A DNA stretch of 64,000 nucleotides from Actinomycetota bacterium (GTDB lineage: Bacteria; Actinomycetota; Thermoleophilia; RBG-16-64-13). Positions 40,389 to 50,000 of the stretch are shown piece after piece. The stretch lies in contig JAAYJE010000022.1 in NCBI GenBank assembly GCA_012523095.1, positions 68,784 to 132,783 of the forward strand, given 5' to 3'. The first letter of the stretch is position 1; every line of letters begins with the position of its first letter. The notes beneath the pieces are model-generated. The model had not been told where the DNA came from. It made no database searches and saw nothing but the letters and a program-made list of their open reading frames with translations. The position numbers were made by a program, and so were the translations under genes.

Positions 40389-41497
40389 GGAGCCGTCGGC
40401 GCGAGTTGCTGGTCAACCACCGGCATCTCGTAGCCGCGCGACTGCACGAGCAGTCGGAAGTCGTGCGGACTACTGGCCATCAACTGAGCGTCGGCCAGAT
40501 TGATGAGGCCCTGCTCGTACAAATCCAGGAGACTCTGGTCGAAGGTCTGCATGCCGTAGAAATCGCCTTCCGCCACGGCCTGCTTGATGTTGTGAGTCTG
40601 GGTCGGATCCAATATCAGGTCCCGGATGCGGCCCGTCATCACCATGGCTTCCACTGCCGGGACCCGGCCTGTGCCGTCCGATCTCACCAGCAGGCGTTGA
40701 GAGATGATGCCCCGCAGTGAGCCGGCCAACATTATCCGAACCTGCTTCTGCTGGTAGAGCGGGAAGAAGTCGATGATGCGGTTGATCGTCTCGCTCGCGT
40801 CGATGGTGTGTAGGGTGCTGAGCACGAAGTGGCCTGTCTGCGCAGCCGTAAGGGCCGTCCGGACCGTCTCCTGGTCGCGCATCTCACCAATGAAAATGAT
40901 GTCGGGGTCCTGGCGAAGCACATACTTGAGAGCCGTGCCGTAGTTTTCGGTATCGAGGCCCACTTCACGCTGGTTGACTATGCACTTCTGATCGCGGTGC
41001 AGAATCTCGATGGGGTCCTCGACGGTGACGATGTGCCTGCGCAGGTGGCGGTTGATGTGGTCGATCATAGCCGCCAGCGTAGTGGTCTTGCCCGAGCCGG
41101 TGGTCCCCGTGACCAGGACCATGCCGCGCGGTTCAAGCGCCAGCTTCTGGACCACCTCCGGGAGATGCAGCGTGCTAAAGTCGGGAACCTGGGTCATGAC
41201 CTGGCGCATGGCGATCGAGATCGTCCCGCGCTGCCGGTAGATGTTGATCCTATAGCGGCCTATCTGAGGGGCGCTGTAGGCGAAGTCGATCTCGTTGGTC
41301 TCGCTGAAACGCCGAATCTGCTTCTCGGACATCAGCGAAGCCGCATAGTCCTTTGTGTCGTCCGGAGAGCACGGCGGTTCATCGAGGCTCCTTAGCTCAC
41401 CGTCGACCCTGATCATAGGAGGACTCCCCACCTTCACGTGTAGGTCGGAGGCTCCGGCCCTCGCCACCTGCGCCAGAAGCTCATCTATGCTCTTCAT
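40385..41497 (-). CDS. pilT: Type IV pilus retraction/twitching ATPase PilT family (orphan)
   Basis: Walker A VLVTGTTGSGKTTTL, and the PilT N-terminal signature SIDELLAQVARAGASDLHVKVGSPPMIRV. Start trimmed to the internal Met. Confidence 0.8.
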   Translation of the reverse strand: MKSIDELLAQVARAGASDLHVKVGSPPMIRVDGELRSLDEPPCSPDDTKDYAASLMSEKQIRRFSETNEIDFAYSAPQIGRYRINIYRQRGTISIAMRQVMTQVPDFSTLHLPEVVQKLALEPRGMVLVTGTTGSGKTTTLAAMIDHINRHLRRHIVTVEDPIEILHRDQKCIVNQREVGLDTENYGTALKYVLRQDPDIIFIGEMRDQETVRTALTAAQTGHFVLSTLHTIDASETINRIIDFFPLYQQKQVRIMLAGSLRGIISQRLLVRSDGTGRVPAVEAMVMTGRIRDLILDPTQTHNIKQAVAEGDFYGMQTFDQSLLDLYEQGLINLADAQLMASSPHDFRLLVQSRGYEMPVVDQQLAPTAP

Positions 41498-41612
41498 GCT
41501 TCTCTCCAGACACCAGTGCTGTTGTTCCCTACAGATGTTCCACACATCTTTTCGGAGAAAGTGGCCGGTGACTTGAGGATCCTAGAGGGGAACGGAAGCA
41601 GGGAGGTCGCTG

Positions 41613-42635
41613 TTAAAACGCGCCCTTCCAATAGGGCTTGATCTCTTCTACAGTCTCCCGGACGTCGGCTTCCTCGTCCACAGACGCCGTCCGGTCGAGC
41701 TCCGGCGCCTCACCCTGCATGCCCTTGAGGGTCGCAACGATCGAGGCCGCCATCATCTCAGGGATGTAGCCGCCTTCGAGAAAGACGATGGGCCCGGCGG
41801 CGCCCAGTTCCTCGCAGAGACCCACCAGATAGGCGGCCATCCACTGAAAGGCATCCTGCGAGAAGCACAGGCCGCCCAGGGGGTCGCCCTTCTGGGGATC
41901 GTATCCGGCGGACACCAACACCAACTGGGGTCTGAACGCCCTTGCCAACGGTCCTAGAAGCGTCTCGAACACCAAGCCTACCGCCCCGTCGCCCGCCCCG
42001 ACCTGCAACGGCACGTTCACCGTGAAGCCCTCCCCGTCGCCGACACCGACCTCCCTCACCTTGCCCGTACCCGGGAAGTGACCGGCCAGGTGCGTGCTGA
42101 GATAGATCACGCGCGGGTCGTCGTAGAAAGCCGCCTGAGTACCGTTGCCGTGGTGCACATCCCAATCCACGATCAGAACGCGCTGCAAACCCCGTTCTTG
42201 AAGGGCATAAGCGGCTGCGACGGCGATGTTGTCGAAGAGGCAGAACCCCATCCCCCGCGCCCGGCAGGCGTGGTGTCCCGGAGGCCTCACGAGCAAGAAA
42301 GCTCTCTGACCGGTCGAGAGCGCCCTATCTACGGCCATCAGCCCCGCACCCGCGGCATGGACGGCCGCCTCATACGACTTGGGCGAGACCGCGGTGTCCC
42401 AATCCAGCCAGCCTCCATCTCCATAGGCCAACTCTCGGATCGAATCGATGTAGGCCTGCTCGTGCACGCGGGCTATAGCCGCCACCGGGGCGGGATCCGG
42501 TGTGATCCACTCCAAGTCTAAGCCACTCTGTTCAAGAACCTCCTTCGCGACCACCAGGCGTTGCTTACTCTCGGGATGGTCGCCGGTCTCGTGCTCTATG
42601 AACAGCGGGTGATAGTAGATCGCGATAGGCTCCAT
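41613..42635 (-). CDS. Histone deacetylase-family protein (AcuC/acetylpolyamine aminohydrolase-like)
   Basis: VVDWDVHHGNGTQ active-site motif and a GDDP-like zinc-ligand region. Start trimmed to MEPIAIYYHPLF. Confidence 0.8.
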   Translation of the reverse strand: MEPIAIYYHPLFIEHETGDHPESKQRLVVAKEVLEQSGLDLEWITPDPAPVAAIARVHEQAYIDSIRELAYGDGGWLDWDTAVSPKSYEAAVHAAGAGLMAVDRALSTGQRAFLLVRPPGHHACRARGMGFCLFDNIAVAAAYALQERGLQRVLIVDWDVHHGNGTQAAFYDDPRVIYLSTHLAGHFPGTGKVREVGVGDGEGFTVNVPLQVGAGDGAVGLVFETLLGPLARAFRPQLVLVSAGYDPQKGDPLGGLCFSQDAFQWMAAYLVGLCEELGAAGPIVFLEGGYIPEMMAASIVATLKGMQGEAPELDRTASVDEEADVRETVEEIKPYWKGAF

Positions 42636-42646
42636 CGACGCTGCCC

Positions 42647-43867
42647 CTAGCGGATGATACGGCAGGCGCCGTGGTAGCTGTTGGTCCACACGTCATTGAT
42701 GCGGACATTCTTGCCGGATCCGGCGGCGTGGATCATCTGTCCGCCGCCAATGTATATGCCCACATGGCTGATGGGAGTGTAGAAGAAGACGAGGTCTCCC
42801 GGCCGCAGTTCGCCGCGGGATATCTGCTGGCCACACCCATACTGGAGCCGGCTGGAGTGAGGCAGTTTGACACCGACCTTCTTGTAGACGTACATCACGA
42901 AGCCGGAACAGTCGAAGCCGCTGGGGCTTTCCCCGCCCCACACATACGGACAGCCCAGGTACTGCATGGCGATGGAGACCACTTCACTGCTGCTTGCCGA
43001 TTCGGGCACAGAGACCTTGACGCTCTGGGTGGGATTCAGGGTCGTCGGCTTCTGCGTGGTCTTCGTTGTGGCCTTCGTGGTGGTCTTCGTTGTGGCCTGC
43101 TGAGCCGCCTTTTCAGCAGCCTTCCGTGTTGCTTCCTCCGCGGCCTTCTTACGAGCCTCCTCCGCACGGCGCCTGGCCTCTTCCGCCAGTCGGGCCTGCC
43201 GCGCGGCTTCTTCCGCCTTGAGCTTGGCTATCTGGGCTTCCTTGCCCTCGAGTGCCTTCTCGTTGGCGGCCAACTGCGCGGCCACCTTGCCTTTGGCAGC
43301 CTCCGCCTCGGCCGCGTAAACCTTCTCGTCCTCAAGTTGCTGAGCCAGCTCGGCTCTGCGGACGGTGACCTCCTGCTCATACAACCTGACCTGCTCCACG
43401 ACCCTGGCGTCCTGCTCGGTGATGCGCTCCATCACATTCGCGAACTCCACGAGGTCGGCGAAGGAGGACGAACCCATGAGCGTGTCGAGGATGTCGAGGT
43501 CGCCGTGCTTGTAGATCTCGACCAGGCGCTCCATGAAGACCGCGGTCGCGATCTCCAAGTCCGCTTCGGCCTTGCTCAGACAGAGCTGCGTCTGCTGAGC
43601 GGCTTCTTTGGTCTCGGCCAGCTTCGCTTTGGCATAGTTGTAATCTTCTACCGCCGCATCCAACAGACGGCTCAGCTCATCGATGTGTTCTCGAAGCTCT
43701 TCGGCCTCGTTCTTGGCCTTGGTGATGGCGGCAGGTTCGGCCAGCGCGGCCTCGCCCACCACGAGCCCGACTACTGCGAAGACGGTGAAGATGAAGATGA
43801 GACGCCGCCCGATGCCGCCTGACTTGCCGGTTATGATCGGTGCCTCCCTGATCGGTTTCGGGTCCAC
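42647..43867 (-). CDS. RipA-like peptidoglycan endopeptidase (N-terminal coiled-coil plus C-terminal NlpC/P60 domain)
   Basis: Signal/TM, a long coiled-coil, then GCPYVWGGESPSGFDCSGFVMYVY...H...H NlpC/P60 catalytic Cys-His. Confidence 0.8.
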   Translation of the reverse strand: MDPKPIREAPIITGKSGGIGRRLIFIFTVFAVVGLVVGEAALAEPAAITKAKNEAEELREHIDELSRLLDAAVEDYNYAKAKLAETKEAAQQTQLCLSKAEADLEIATAVFMERLVEIYKHGDLDILDTLMGSSSFADLVEFANVMERITEQDARVVEQVRLYEQEVTVRRAELAQQLEDEKVYAAEAEAAKGKVAAQLAANEKALEGKEAQIAKLKAEEAARQARLAEEARRRAEEARKKAAEEATRKAAEKAAQQATTKTTTKATTKTTQKPTTLNPTQSVKVSVPESASSSEVVSIAMQYLGCPYVWGGESPSGFDCSGFVMYVYKKVGVKLPHSSRLQYGCGQQISRGELRPGDLVFFYTPISHVGIYIGGGQMIHAAGSGKNVRINDVWTNSYHGACRIIR

Positions 43868-43999
43868 AGCGATCTGAGGATCGGTCGCCGCGAAGTCGGA
43901 CGCACTTTACCATCTTCCCGCTGGGGAGACCACCGCCGACGACGCGACAGCCGGAACGGCCCGCTGCCGGGCCGGCGCCGGAGGGACCTTCTACCGGCC

Positions 44000-45067
44000 C
44001 TAGAGTCGTGCCAGATAGGCTTCGACGCCGTGCAGGATGGCCGTAGCCTCCTGGGCGATCACTTCCGGGTCGGCCAGCGCCGGGCCCTCGCCCCGATGGC
44101 TCATGTAGCCCGGTTCGACCATGACCGCCAAGGGCTTGACCTCACGCAGGCACGAATAATTCCGACCGTGCTTGTGCAGGTCGACCCTGCCGAGTTCCCG
44201 GCTCAGCGCATCCACGATATAACCGGCCAGGCGTTTGCCCCCACTCGACCGGTAGACGGAGTTCGCGAAGAAGTAGGTCGCCGCACCCTGGGCCGTTGGA
44301 TTGGGACTGGAGCTGTGGTGCAAAGCTATGTGGACGTCGGGCGCCCAGGCGTTCGCCGACTCCGTCCTCTCATAGAGAGATATAGAGACGTCTTTGTCAC
44401 GCACAAGATAGGTCTCAGCCCCCCGGCTCTCGAGGAGTTGGGCCAAGTGCCGGCCGAGAGCAAGATTGACATCCTTCTCGCGCAGCCCGCCTAGACCCAC
44501 GCAACCGTGCTCGGTCCCACCGTGAGCGGGGTCGATGCTTACCCGCAGCTCAAAGAGCGACCGTTTGCCGACGTAGCCGTTCATGCGGTCGGGGCTGCTG
44601 ACGATGAATTCGTGGGTGCTGTCTTTGTGGAGGCGCCGCAACCGATCAAGGGTGGTCTCCCCCACGATGCCATCGACGTTCAATCCTGCGTTGCGCTGGA
44701 ACTCGGTAACCGCCACCTCCAACGCAGGTGAGAAGATGCCGTCCACAGGCCCGCAATCGAAACCGAACTCATCAAGCCGGCGCTGCAGAGATAGGACGTC
44801 GTCACCGCGCATAGAGGGGACACGCAGGTATAAGAGACGATCGCCCAACTGGTAACCGGCCTCGACGAGTTCGGTCCAGGTGTTGTCCTCCACCACGCCG
44901 TCGGAGAACAGCAGACGCTGTTGCTGAAAGGCTCGGATGGCCATCTCGGTGTGAGGACCGAAGAAGCCGTCGGCGCCCTCCCGCCCGAGAAAATAGCCCA
45001 GGGCGGCCAACCGCGTCTGGATGTCCACCACCTGTTTGCCTATGTCTCCTTTGCCGACCGGGCGCAT
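44000..45067 (-). CDS. N-acetylmuramoyl-L-alanine amidase with two PG_binding_1 domains (CwlM-like architecture)
   Basis: Two peptidoglycan-binding repeats (DIGKQVVDIQTRLAALGYFLG...; GDDVLSLQRRLDEFGFDCGPVDGIF...) followed by an Amidase_3 domain. Start trimmed to MRPVGKG. Confidence 0.8.
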   Translation of the reverse strand: MRPVGKGDIGKQVVDIQTRLAALGYFLGREGADGFFGPHTEMAIRAFQQQRLLFSDGVVEDNTWTELVEAGYQLGDRLLYLRVPSMRGDDVLSLQRRLDEFGFDCGPVDGIFSPALEVAVTEFQRNAGLNVDGIVGETTLDRLRRLHKDSTHEFIVSSPDRMNGYVGKRSLFELRVSIDPAHGGTEHGCVGLGGLREKDVNLALGRHLAQLLESRGAETYLVRDKDVSISLYERTESANAWAPDVHIALHHSSSPNPTAQGAATYFFANSVYRSSGGKRLAGYIVDALSRELGRVDLHKHGRNYSCLREVKPLAVMVEPGYMSHRGEGPALADPEVIAQEATAILHGVEAYLARL

Positions 45068-45088
45068 TTTCCCATTATACTCATAGGC

Positions 45089-46378
45089 ATGGTTCACATG
45101 GACGCACCCCGGCGCAGGCGCTCCGGCAACCGCAGATGGGCCATCGCGGCAGGACTTCTGTGGCTCATAACGATCGCCCTCGCCGCCTTCTACATGTGGG
45201 ACGTCCACACCGACACGTCGGCGGCCGCGTCGCAGACCCCCGCGTCGGAGACGTCCATGCCGAGCACCGCCGTTCTCGACGGCGGGCGGCGGCCGGCCGC
45301 TGCAGCACCCTCCGCATCGGCCACCTCGCCGACCACGATCGGCATTCCCACGACCACCGAGGCCCCCACCACCACGGCTTCCACCACCACGACGACGACC
45401 GAGCCCCCCAGCCTATTCGTGGCGGCGGGGGGCGACGTCCTTGCAGACAGGAAGGTGGGCGTCTTCATGGACGAGAACGGCGGCGAGGCGGTCTTCACCC
45501 ACGTAAGACCTCTGCTCGAGACCGCGCACCTCACCTTCGTCAACCTAGAGGGCCCCCTCTCCGACAAGGGCACCCGCGCCGCGTGGAAGGAGTACACCTT
45601 CCGCGGCCGTCCCGCGATGATCGACGGCCTGGTCTCGGCCGGCATCGACGTGGTGAGCTTGGCAAACAACCATTCGAACGACTATGGGACTGCAGCCCTG
45701 CTCGACACTATCGCCCGTCTTGACGAGGCCGGGGTGCACCATGCCGGGGCGGGGGCCGACGCCGCGGCGGCGTCGGCCCCCGCCATCCTCCTCACACCCG
45801 CCGGCACGGTAGCCGTGCTCGCCTTCACAGATATCATCCCCGGCGGCTTCGCCGCAGGGTCCGACACGCCCGGCGTGAATGCCACCACTCCGAACCGCAA
45901 GAAGCTACTGGCGGACATAGCCGCAGCGGACAAGAGGGCCGACTATGTGATCGTGAGCTTCCATTGGGGTACGGAGTACGAATCTCGGGCCAACCGAGAG
46001 CAGCGCCGGCTGGCCCACCAGGTGATCGACGCAGGAGCCGATCTCGTCATCGGCCATCACCCTCACGTGATCCAGGGTCTAGAACTCTACCGCGATCGGT
46101 TGATCGCCTACAGCTTGGGTGACTTCGTGTGGGACCACTACTCGGTGGAGACGGGTGAGACTTTCGTCCTCCAGGTCACGGCGCCGCGCGCCGGCCCGCC
46201 CTCGGCAATGATGGCGCCGGTGTATCTGGACGAATCCACCGGGGTCCCGGAGCCGGTGACCGGCAAGCACGCCGCCTCTATCCTGTCCCGGCTGGCCCGT
46301 CTGAGCTCCGACCTCGGGGTGGAGCTCATGGTCTCGGGCGACCGCGCATTCTTCAACACGACCGAACATACCGAGTAA
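45089..46378 (+). CDS. CapA/PGA_cap-family metallophosphoesterase with N-terminal TM and Thr-rich linker
   Basis: VSFHWGTEYESRANREQRRLAHQVIDAGADLVIGHHPHVIQG... Start trimmed to MVHMDAPRRRR. Confidence 0.8.
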   Translation: MVHMDAPRRRRSGNRRWAIAAGLLWLITIALAAFYMWDVHTDTSAAASQTPASETSMPSTAVLDGGRRPAAAAPSASATSPTTIGIPTTTEAPTTTASTTTTTTEPPSLFVAAGGDVLADRKVGVFMDENGGEAVFTHVRPLLETAHLTFVNLEGPLSDKGTRAAWKEYTFRGRPAMIDGLVSAGIDVVSLANNHSNDYGTAALLDTIARLDEAGVHHAGAGADAAAASAPAILLTPAGTVAVLAFTDIIPGGFAAGSDTPGVNATTPNRKKLLADIAAADKRADYVIVSFHWGTEYESRANREQRRLAHQVIDAGADLVIGHHPHVIQGLELYRDRLIAYSLGDFVWDHYSVETGETFVLQVTAPRAGPPSAMMAPVYLDESTGVPEPVTGKHAASILSRLARLSSDLGVELMVSGDRAFFNTTEHTE

Positions 46379-46414
46379 GAAGACCACCGACCGATGGATT
46401 ACCAAACAGCAGGG

Positions 46415-47599
46415 CTACGGAGTGGCCCCATGCCTCTTCACCTGAAGCATCACCTTGAAAGTGCCGCCTAGACCCTCATAGTCGAGCAATTGCTCAAGCA
46501 CGGTCGCTCGTTGATCAGCCTCAAGCGCATACTCGGTGGCCTGAGCCGCCTGCTCGTGCAGGACCGCCAGTCTTTGCGCCCCATGGTCGGCTCTCAGTAC
46601 ATCCGCCAAGGTGATGAAGAAGACCGTCTCCAGCCCCGCCCTCCGGCCATGAGCATCCAGCGCCCGGAAGTCCACGTCGGCGGTGAGGTCCTGCCGGCCG
46701 ACGTGCGAGTAGAGATCGTCCACCCGCTGGTGTTTGAAGTAGCCACGCAGGCTGCGGCTGTACGGTTCCCTCGTCCCCGCGCCCGGCATTGTCGCACGCC
46801 TGGCTCCTGGAGCGATGTGCCAGTCACCGTAATCCACGATGAGAAGGGCCACGTCGGCGTCGTCTGCAGCCACCCGGTCCAACAGAGAACGCGCCGCCGG
46901 CCTCAGCTCGATGATGCCGTCGCCGCTGAGTGCCCTAAGCTCCGCCGGCTGAGTGGTTCCAAAGGCCGCCTCTAGTTCCTCGCCCGCCTCCGGCGACAGC
47001 GCGGCCCAAACCTCTCTTGCTTTCTCTCCGTCGAGCTCGACCCAAGCCTCGAGTGGTTCTTCCCCTCCAACATCCACCACATGCACAGGCAGCGCGTCCA
47101 GGAACTCGTTCCCGAAGACAACGCCCCCCTCCATGGTCGCTAACGCCTGGTCGACATCCGCCGTCCAGCCTATCCGCCAGCCCCGCTCCTCGGCGCCCGA
47201 AAGAGCCTGCTCCTGCCTATCCCTTAGGTGAGCGCCCGTTTCCACGATCTTGTACTCCAAGCGGTCACGGAACATGGGACGTTCGACATCCCATCTCTCC
47301 AGCAAGGCGCCCGCGAGGTCGCCCTCTCCGGCGCCCAGCTCCACCAGCGCCACGCGGCCGGTCTCCGTCTCCCGGATGGCCGCCTCCGCCAAGTCTCCGA
47401 GCAGCCTAGCCATGCTGTGACGGAACTCAGGCGAGAGACCGGGCGCCGTGCTGAAATCGCCGCGCGCGCCGATGCGTATCTCTCTCCGACTATAGTAACC
47501 GTCGACAGGATGGGTCAGAGCGAGTTGCATGAAACGAGCGAACGTGACGCGGCCTCCCGCGGCCAGGATCTCCTTCGCGATGCCTGCCGGGACGCTCAC
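46415..47599 (-). CDS. MidA/NDUFAF7-family SAM-dependent methyltransferase (DUF185)
   Basis: N-terminal GRVTFARFMQLALTHPVDGYY signature; 394 aa. Confidence 0.75.
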   Translation of the reverse strand: MSVPAGIAKEILAAGGRVTFARFMQLALTHPVDGYYSRREIRIGARGDFSTAPGLSPEFRHSMARLLGDLAEAAIRETETGRVALVELGAGEGDLAGALLERWDVERPMFRDRLEYKIVETGAHLRDRQEQALSGAEERGWRIGWTADVDQALATMEGGVVFGNEFLDALPVHVVDVGGEEPLEAWVELDGEKAREVWAALSPEAGEELEAAFGTTQPAELRALSGDGIIELRPAARSLLDRVAADDADVALLIVDYGDWHIAPGARRATMPGAGTREPYSRSLRGYFKHQRVDDLYSHVGRQDLTADVDFRALDAHGRRAGLETVFFITLADVLRADHGAQRLAVLHEQAAQATEYALEADQRATVLEQLLDYEGLGGTFKVMLQVKRHGATP

Positions 47600-47627
47600 C
47601 GCTTCACCCGCGGATAAGCACTGTCCA

Positions 47628-49931
47628 TCAACATCTCAGATCCCTCCCCTTTTTCTGCAGGTAGGCGCCGTAGTCCGCCATCTTGCCTAGAATCCTCACG
47701 CCACGAAGCGGCGATGGCAGGACGAACGACGCATAGCGTCCGCCCGCCGAGAATATAGCCTGGGTCATGGGCCTCTGCGAGATGTTCACCACCGGTTTGC
47801 AATAGTGGTCCATGAGCGCAGCGTTCTGGTGGATGAACGAGAACTCGCGCTCGCTCAGCGCCAGCTCCACCTTCTCGAAATCGGGGCAGGCGTCACTCTC
47901 GGTCTCGCCCCCCACGCCGTCCTTCGCCCTGTCGCCGTCCTCTCCCGTGACGCGGCCCTCGATCCTGCCGCGGCCGGCCTTGAGGGCCTCGATCTCGTCG
48001 ATGGCTCTATGGCTCTCGCTCATGGAACCCACCACGCCCATGACGATGACGGCGTCGATCTGGTCACTCGCGACCAGTATCTCCACCACCTCTTCCGGCA
48101 CGCCCGGGACCACGGTGGCGACCATGTCCACCGGGTTGGAACGGCTCCAGAACGGAGGGAGGATCCTATCCAGGCTCTCGAGAACCTCCGGCGACAGCTC
48201 AGCGAGCCGCAGCCCGCAGCGGGCTATCTCGTCCGAGACGAGCACACCCCAGCCGCCGCCCAGAGTCGCCACCGCCACCCTCCTGCCCGCGGGCAGCGGC
48301 ATATAGGAGAGCGCGAAGGTGAGATCCATGAACTCGTCGGGGTCGGTGACCACTATCAGTCCCGATTGACGCGCCGCCGCTTCGAAGACGGCGGTCGAGG
48401 AAGTGAGCGCCCCCGTGTGAGACGCAGCCGCCTTCTTGCCGTAATCGCTCATGCCGCCGCGCAACACGACCACCGGCTTGTCCGGCGTCGTCTCTCTCGC
48501 CACTTCCAGCAGCCGACGACCGTCGTCGAAGCCCTCCATATAGGCGACTATGGTGTTGGTCTGGGGATCGCTGTGCAGGTAGTTGATGAAGTCCACGGCG
48601 TCGATCATGGCCTCGTTGCCCACGCCGATGAACTTGCCCACCCCACCCTTCCGCTTGTCGGCGGAAACGAGGAGTTGCAGACCCAGGTTACCCGATTGAG
48701 ACACCATGCTGGCCCCTCCGGGGTCGGGCCGCACCAGCATGAACCCGGTGCCGTACACCTTCTGGTGAGCGGAGATCACTCCCATGCAGTTGGGACCCAC
48801 CAGGGCCATGTCGTACTTTTCGGCTATGGCGACCATCTCGTCCTCCAGGGCCTTCCCCTCGGGACCGACCTCGGAGAATCCTGCCGACACCACCACCACC
48901 GCCTCGACTCCTTTGCGGCCGCACTCTTCCATCACTCCGTTCACGAGCGCGGCCGGCACTGCGATGACCACGAGGTCGGGGGTCTCAGGGAGATCGGTGA
49001 TGCTGGGGTACACAGGGAGACCTAGGATCTCCCCTCCTCTCGGATTCACCAGATAGATGGGTCCTGGATACCCGCCCAGGATCAGGTTGGCGGTGATCAT
49101 GCCGCCCCACTTGCCCGTATCGGCCGAAGCACCCACCACGGCCACATCGCCGGGAGCGACGAGACTGTTCAGTCGCGACATGTCGGCCGGCGGCCGCGTG
49201 GATACGGGCACAGGCTCACCCACGGCGATCAAAGCGTCCACAGCCACAGGCGTCTCGCCGTCGATGAGGAGTGGATTGACATCTATCTCCCGGATCTCGG
49301 GATGGTCCTCGGCCATCTGCCCCACGGCCATGATGATCCTGGCGAGCGCGGTCCGGTCGACCGCCGGCTCTCCGCGGAAGGAGTCCAGGAGCACCTTGGC
49401 ATCGATCTCATCCATGAGTTCGCATGCGTCATCCTCGGAGACGGGCGCGACGGCGAAGGCCACGTCTTTGAGCGCCTCGGTGAAGATGCCGCCCAAGCCG
49501 AACATGACCACCGGACCGAAGAGTAGATCGCGGACCAGGCCCACCACGAACTCTCGCTTGCCTTGGACCATGTGCTCCACCAGCACCCCGTCGAGCGCCG
49601 CCCCGGCGGTCGCGGCCCGAGACTCCAGCGTCCGGTATGCCTCGCGGACCTCGGTCTCGTCGCTGATGCGGAGCAGCACCAGCCCTGCGTCCGTCTTGTG
49701 TTGGATGGTGGGAGTGACACCCTTCATCACCACCGGGAAGCCGATCTTGACGGCCAGCTTCACAGCGGCATCGACCGAAGTCACGGTGCCGCCCTTGGGG
49801 ACCTCGATACCGTAAGCGGCGAAGAACTGCTTGCCGACATCCTCGTCCATAACCTCGGCGCCACTCGCAAGTGCCTGCTCTATGAAAGCGCGTCCCGGGC
49901 GCGCGGTGGTTCTCTCTCCGGGGCCAGCCAT
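47628..49931 (-). CDS. Acetate--CoA ligase (ADP-forming) family protein, fused ATP-grasp (beta) then CoA-binding/ligase-CoA (alpha) with C-terminal extension
   Basis: ATP-grasp region FFAAYGIEVPKG..., followed by CoA-binding and succinyl-CoA-synthetase-like domains; 767 aa. Confidence 0.7.
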   Translation of the reverse strand: MAGPGERTTARPGRAFIEQALASGAEVMDEDVGKQFFAAYGIEVPKGGTVTSVDAAVKLAVKIGFPVVMKGVTPTIQHKTDAGLVLLRISDETEVREAYRTLESRAATAGAALDGVLVEHMVQGKREFVVGLVRDLLFGPVVMFGLGGIFTEALKDVAFAVAPVSEDDACELMDEIDAKVLLDSFRGEPAVDRTALARIIMAVGQMAEDHPEIREIDVNPLLIDGETPVAVDALIAVGEPVPVSTRPPADMSRLNSLVAPGDVAVVGASADTGKWGGMITANLILGGYPGPIYLVNPRGGEILGLPVYPSITDLPETPDLVVIAVPAALVNGVMEECGRKGVEAVVVVSAGFSEVGPEGKALEDEMVAIAEKYDMALVGPNCMGVISAHQKVYGTGFMLVRPDPGGASMVSQSGNLGLQLLVSADKRKGGVGKFIGVGNEAMIDAVDFINYLHSDPQTNTIVAYMEGFDDGRRLLEVARETTPDKPVVVLRGGMSDYGKKAAASHTGALTSSTAVFEAAARQSGLIVVTDPDEFMDLTFALSYMPLPAGRRVAVATLGGGWGVLVSDEIARCGLRLAELSPEVLESLDRILPPFWSRSNPVDMVATVVPGVPEEVVEILVASDQIDAVIVMGVVGSMSESHRAIDEIEALKAGRGRIEGRVTGEDGDRAKDGVGGETESDACPDFEKVELALSEREFSFIHQNAALMDHYCKPVVNISQRPMTQAIFSAGGRYASFVLPSPLRGVRILGKMADYGAYLQKKGRDLRC

Positions 49932-50000
49932 AGCCGTTCTGCCTCCCGTTCTGATTGATGAGACTCCAGTATCCCCGATGGGGACCGATTAGGGAACGGA

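Noticed and set aside
42671-43822. 383-aa plus-strand ORF
   Set aside because: Antisense to the RipA-like NlpC/P60 gene; low-complexity translation.
47805-49025. 406-aa plus-strand ORF, and 49057..49815
   Set aside because: Antisense to the acyl-CoA synthetase gene; Arg/His-rich nonsense typical of GC-rich antisense frames.
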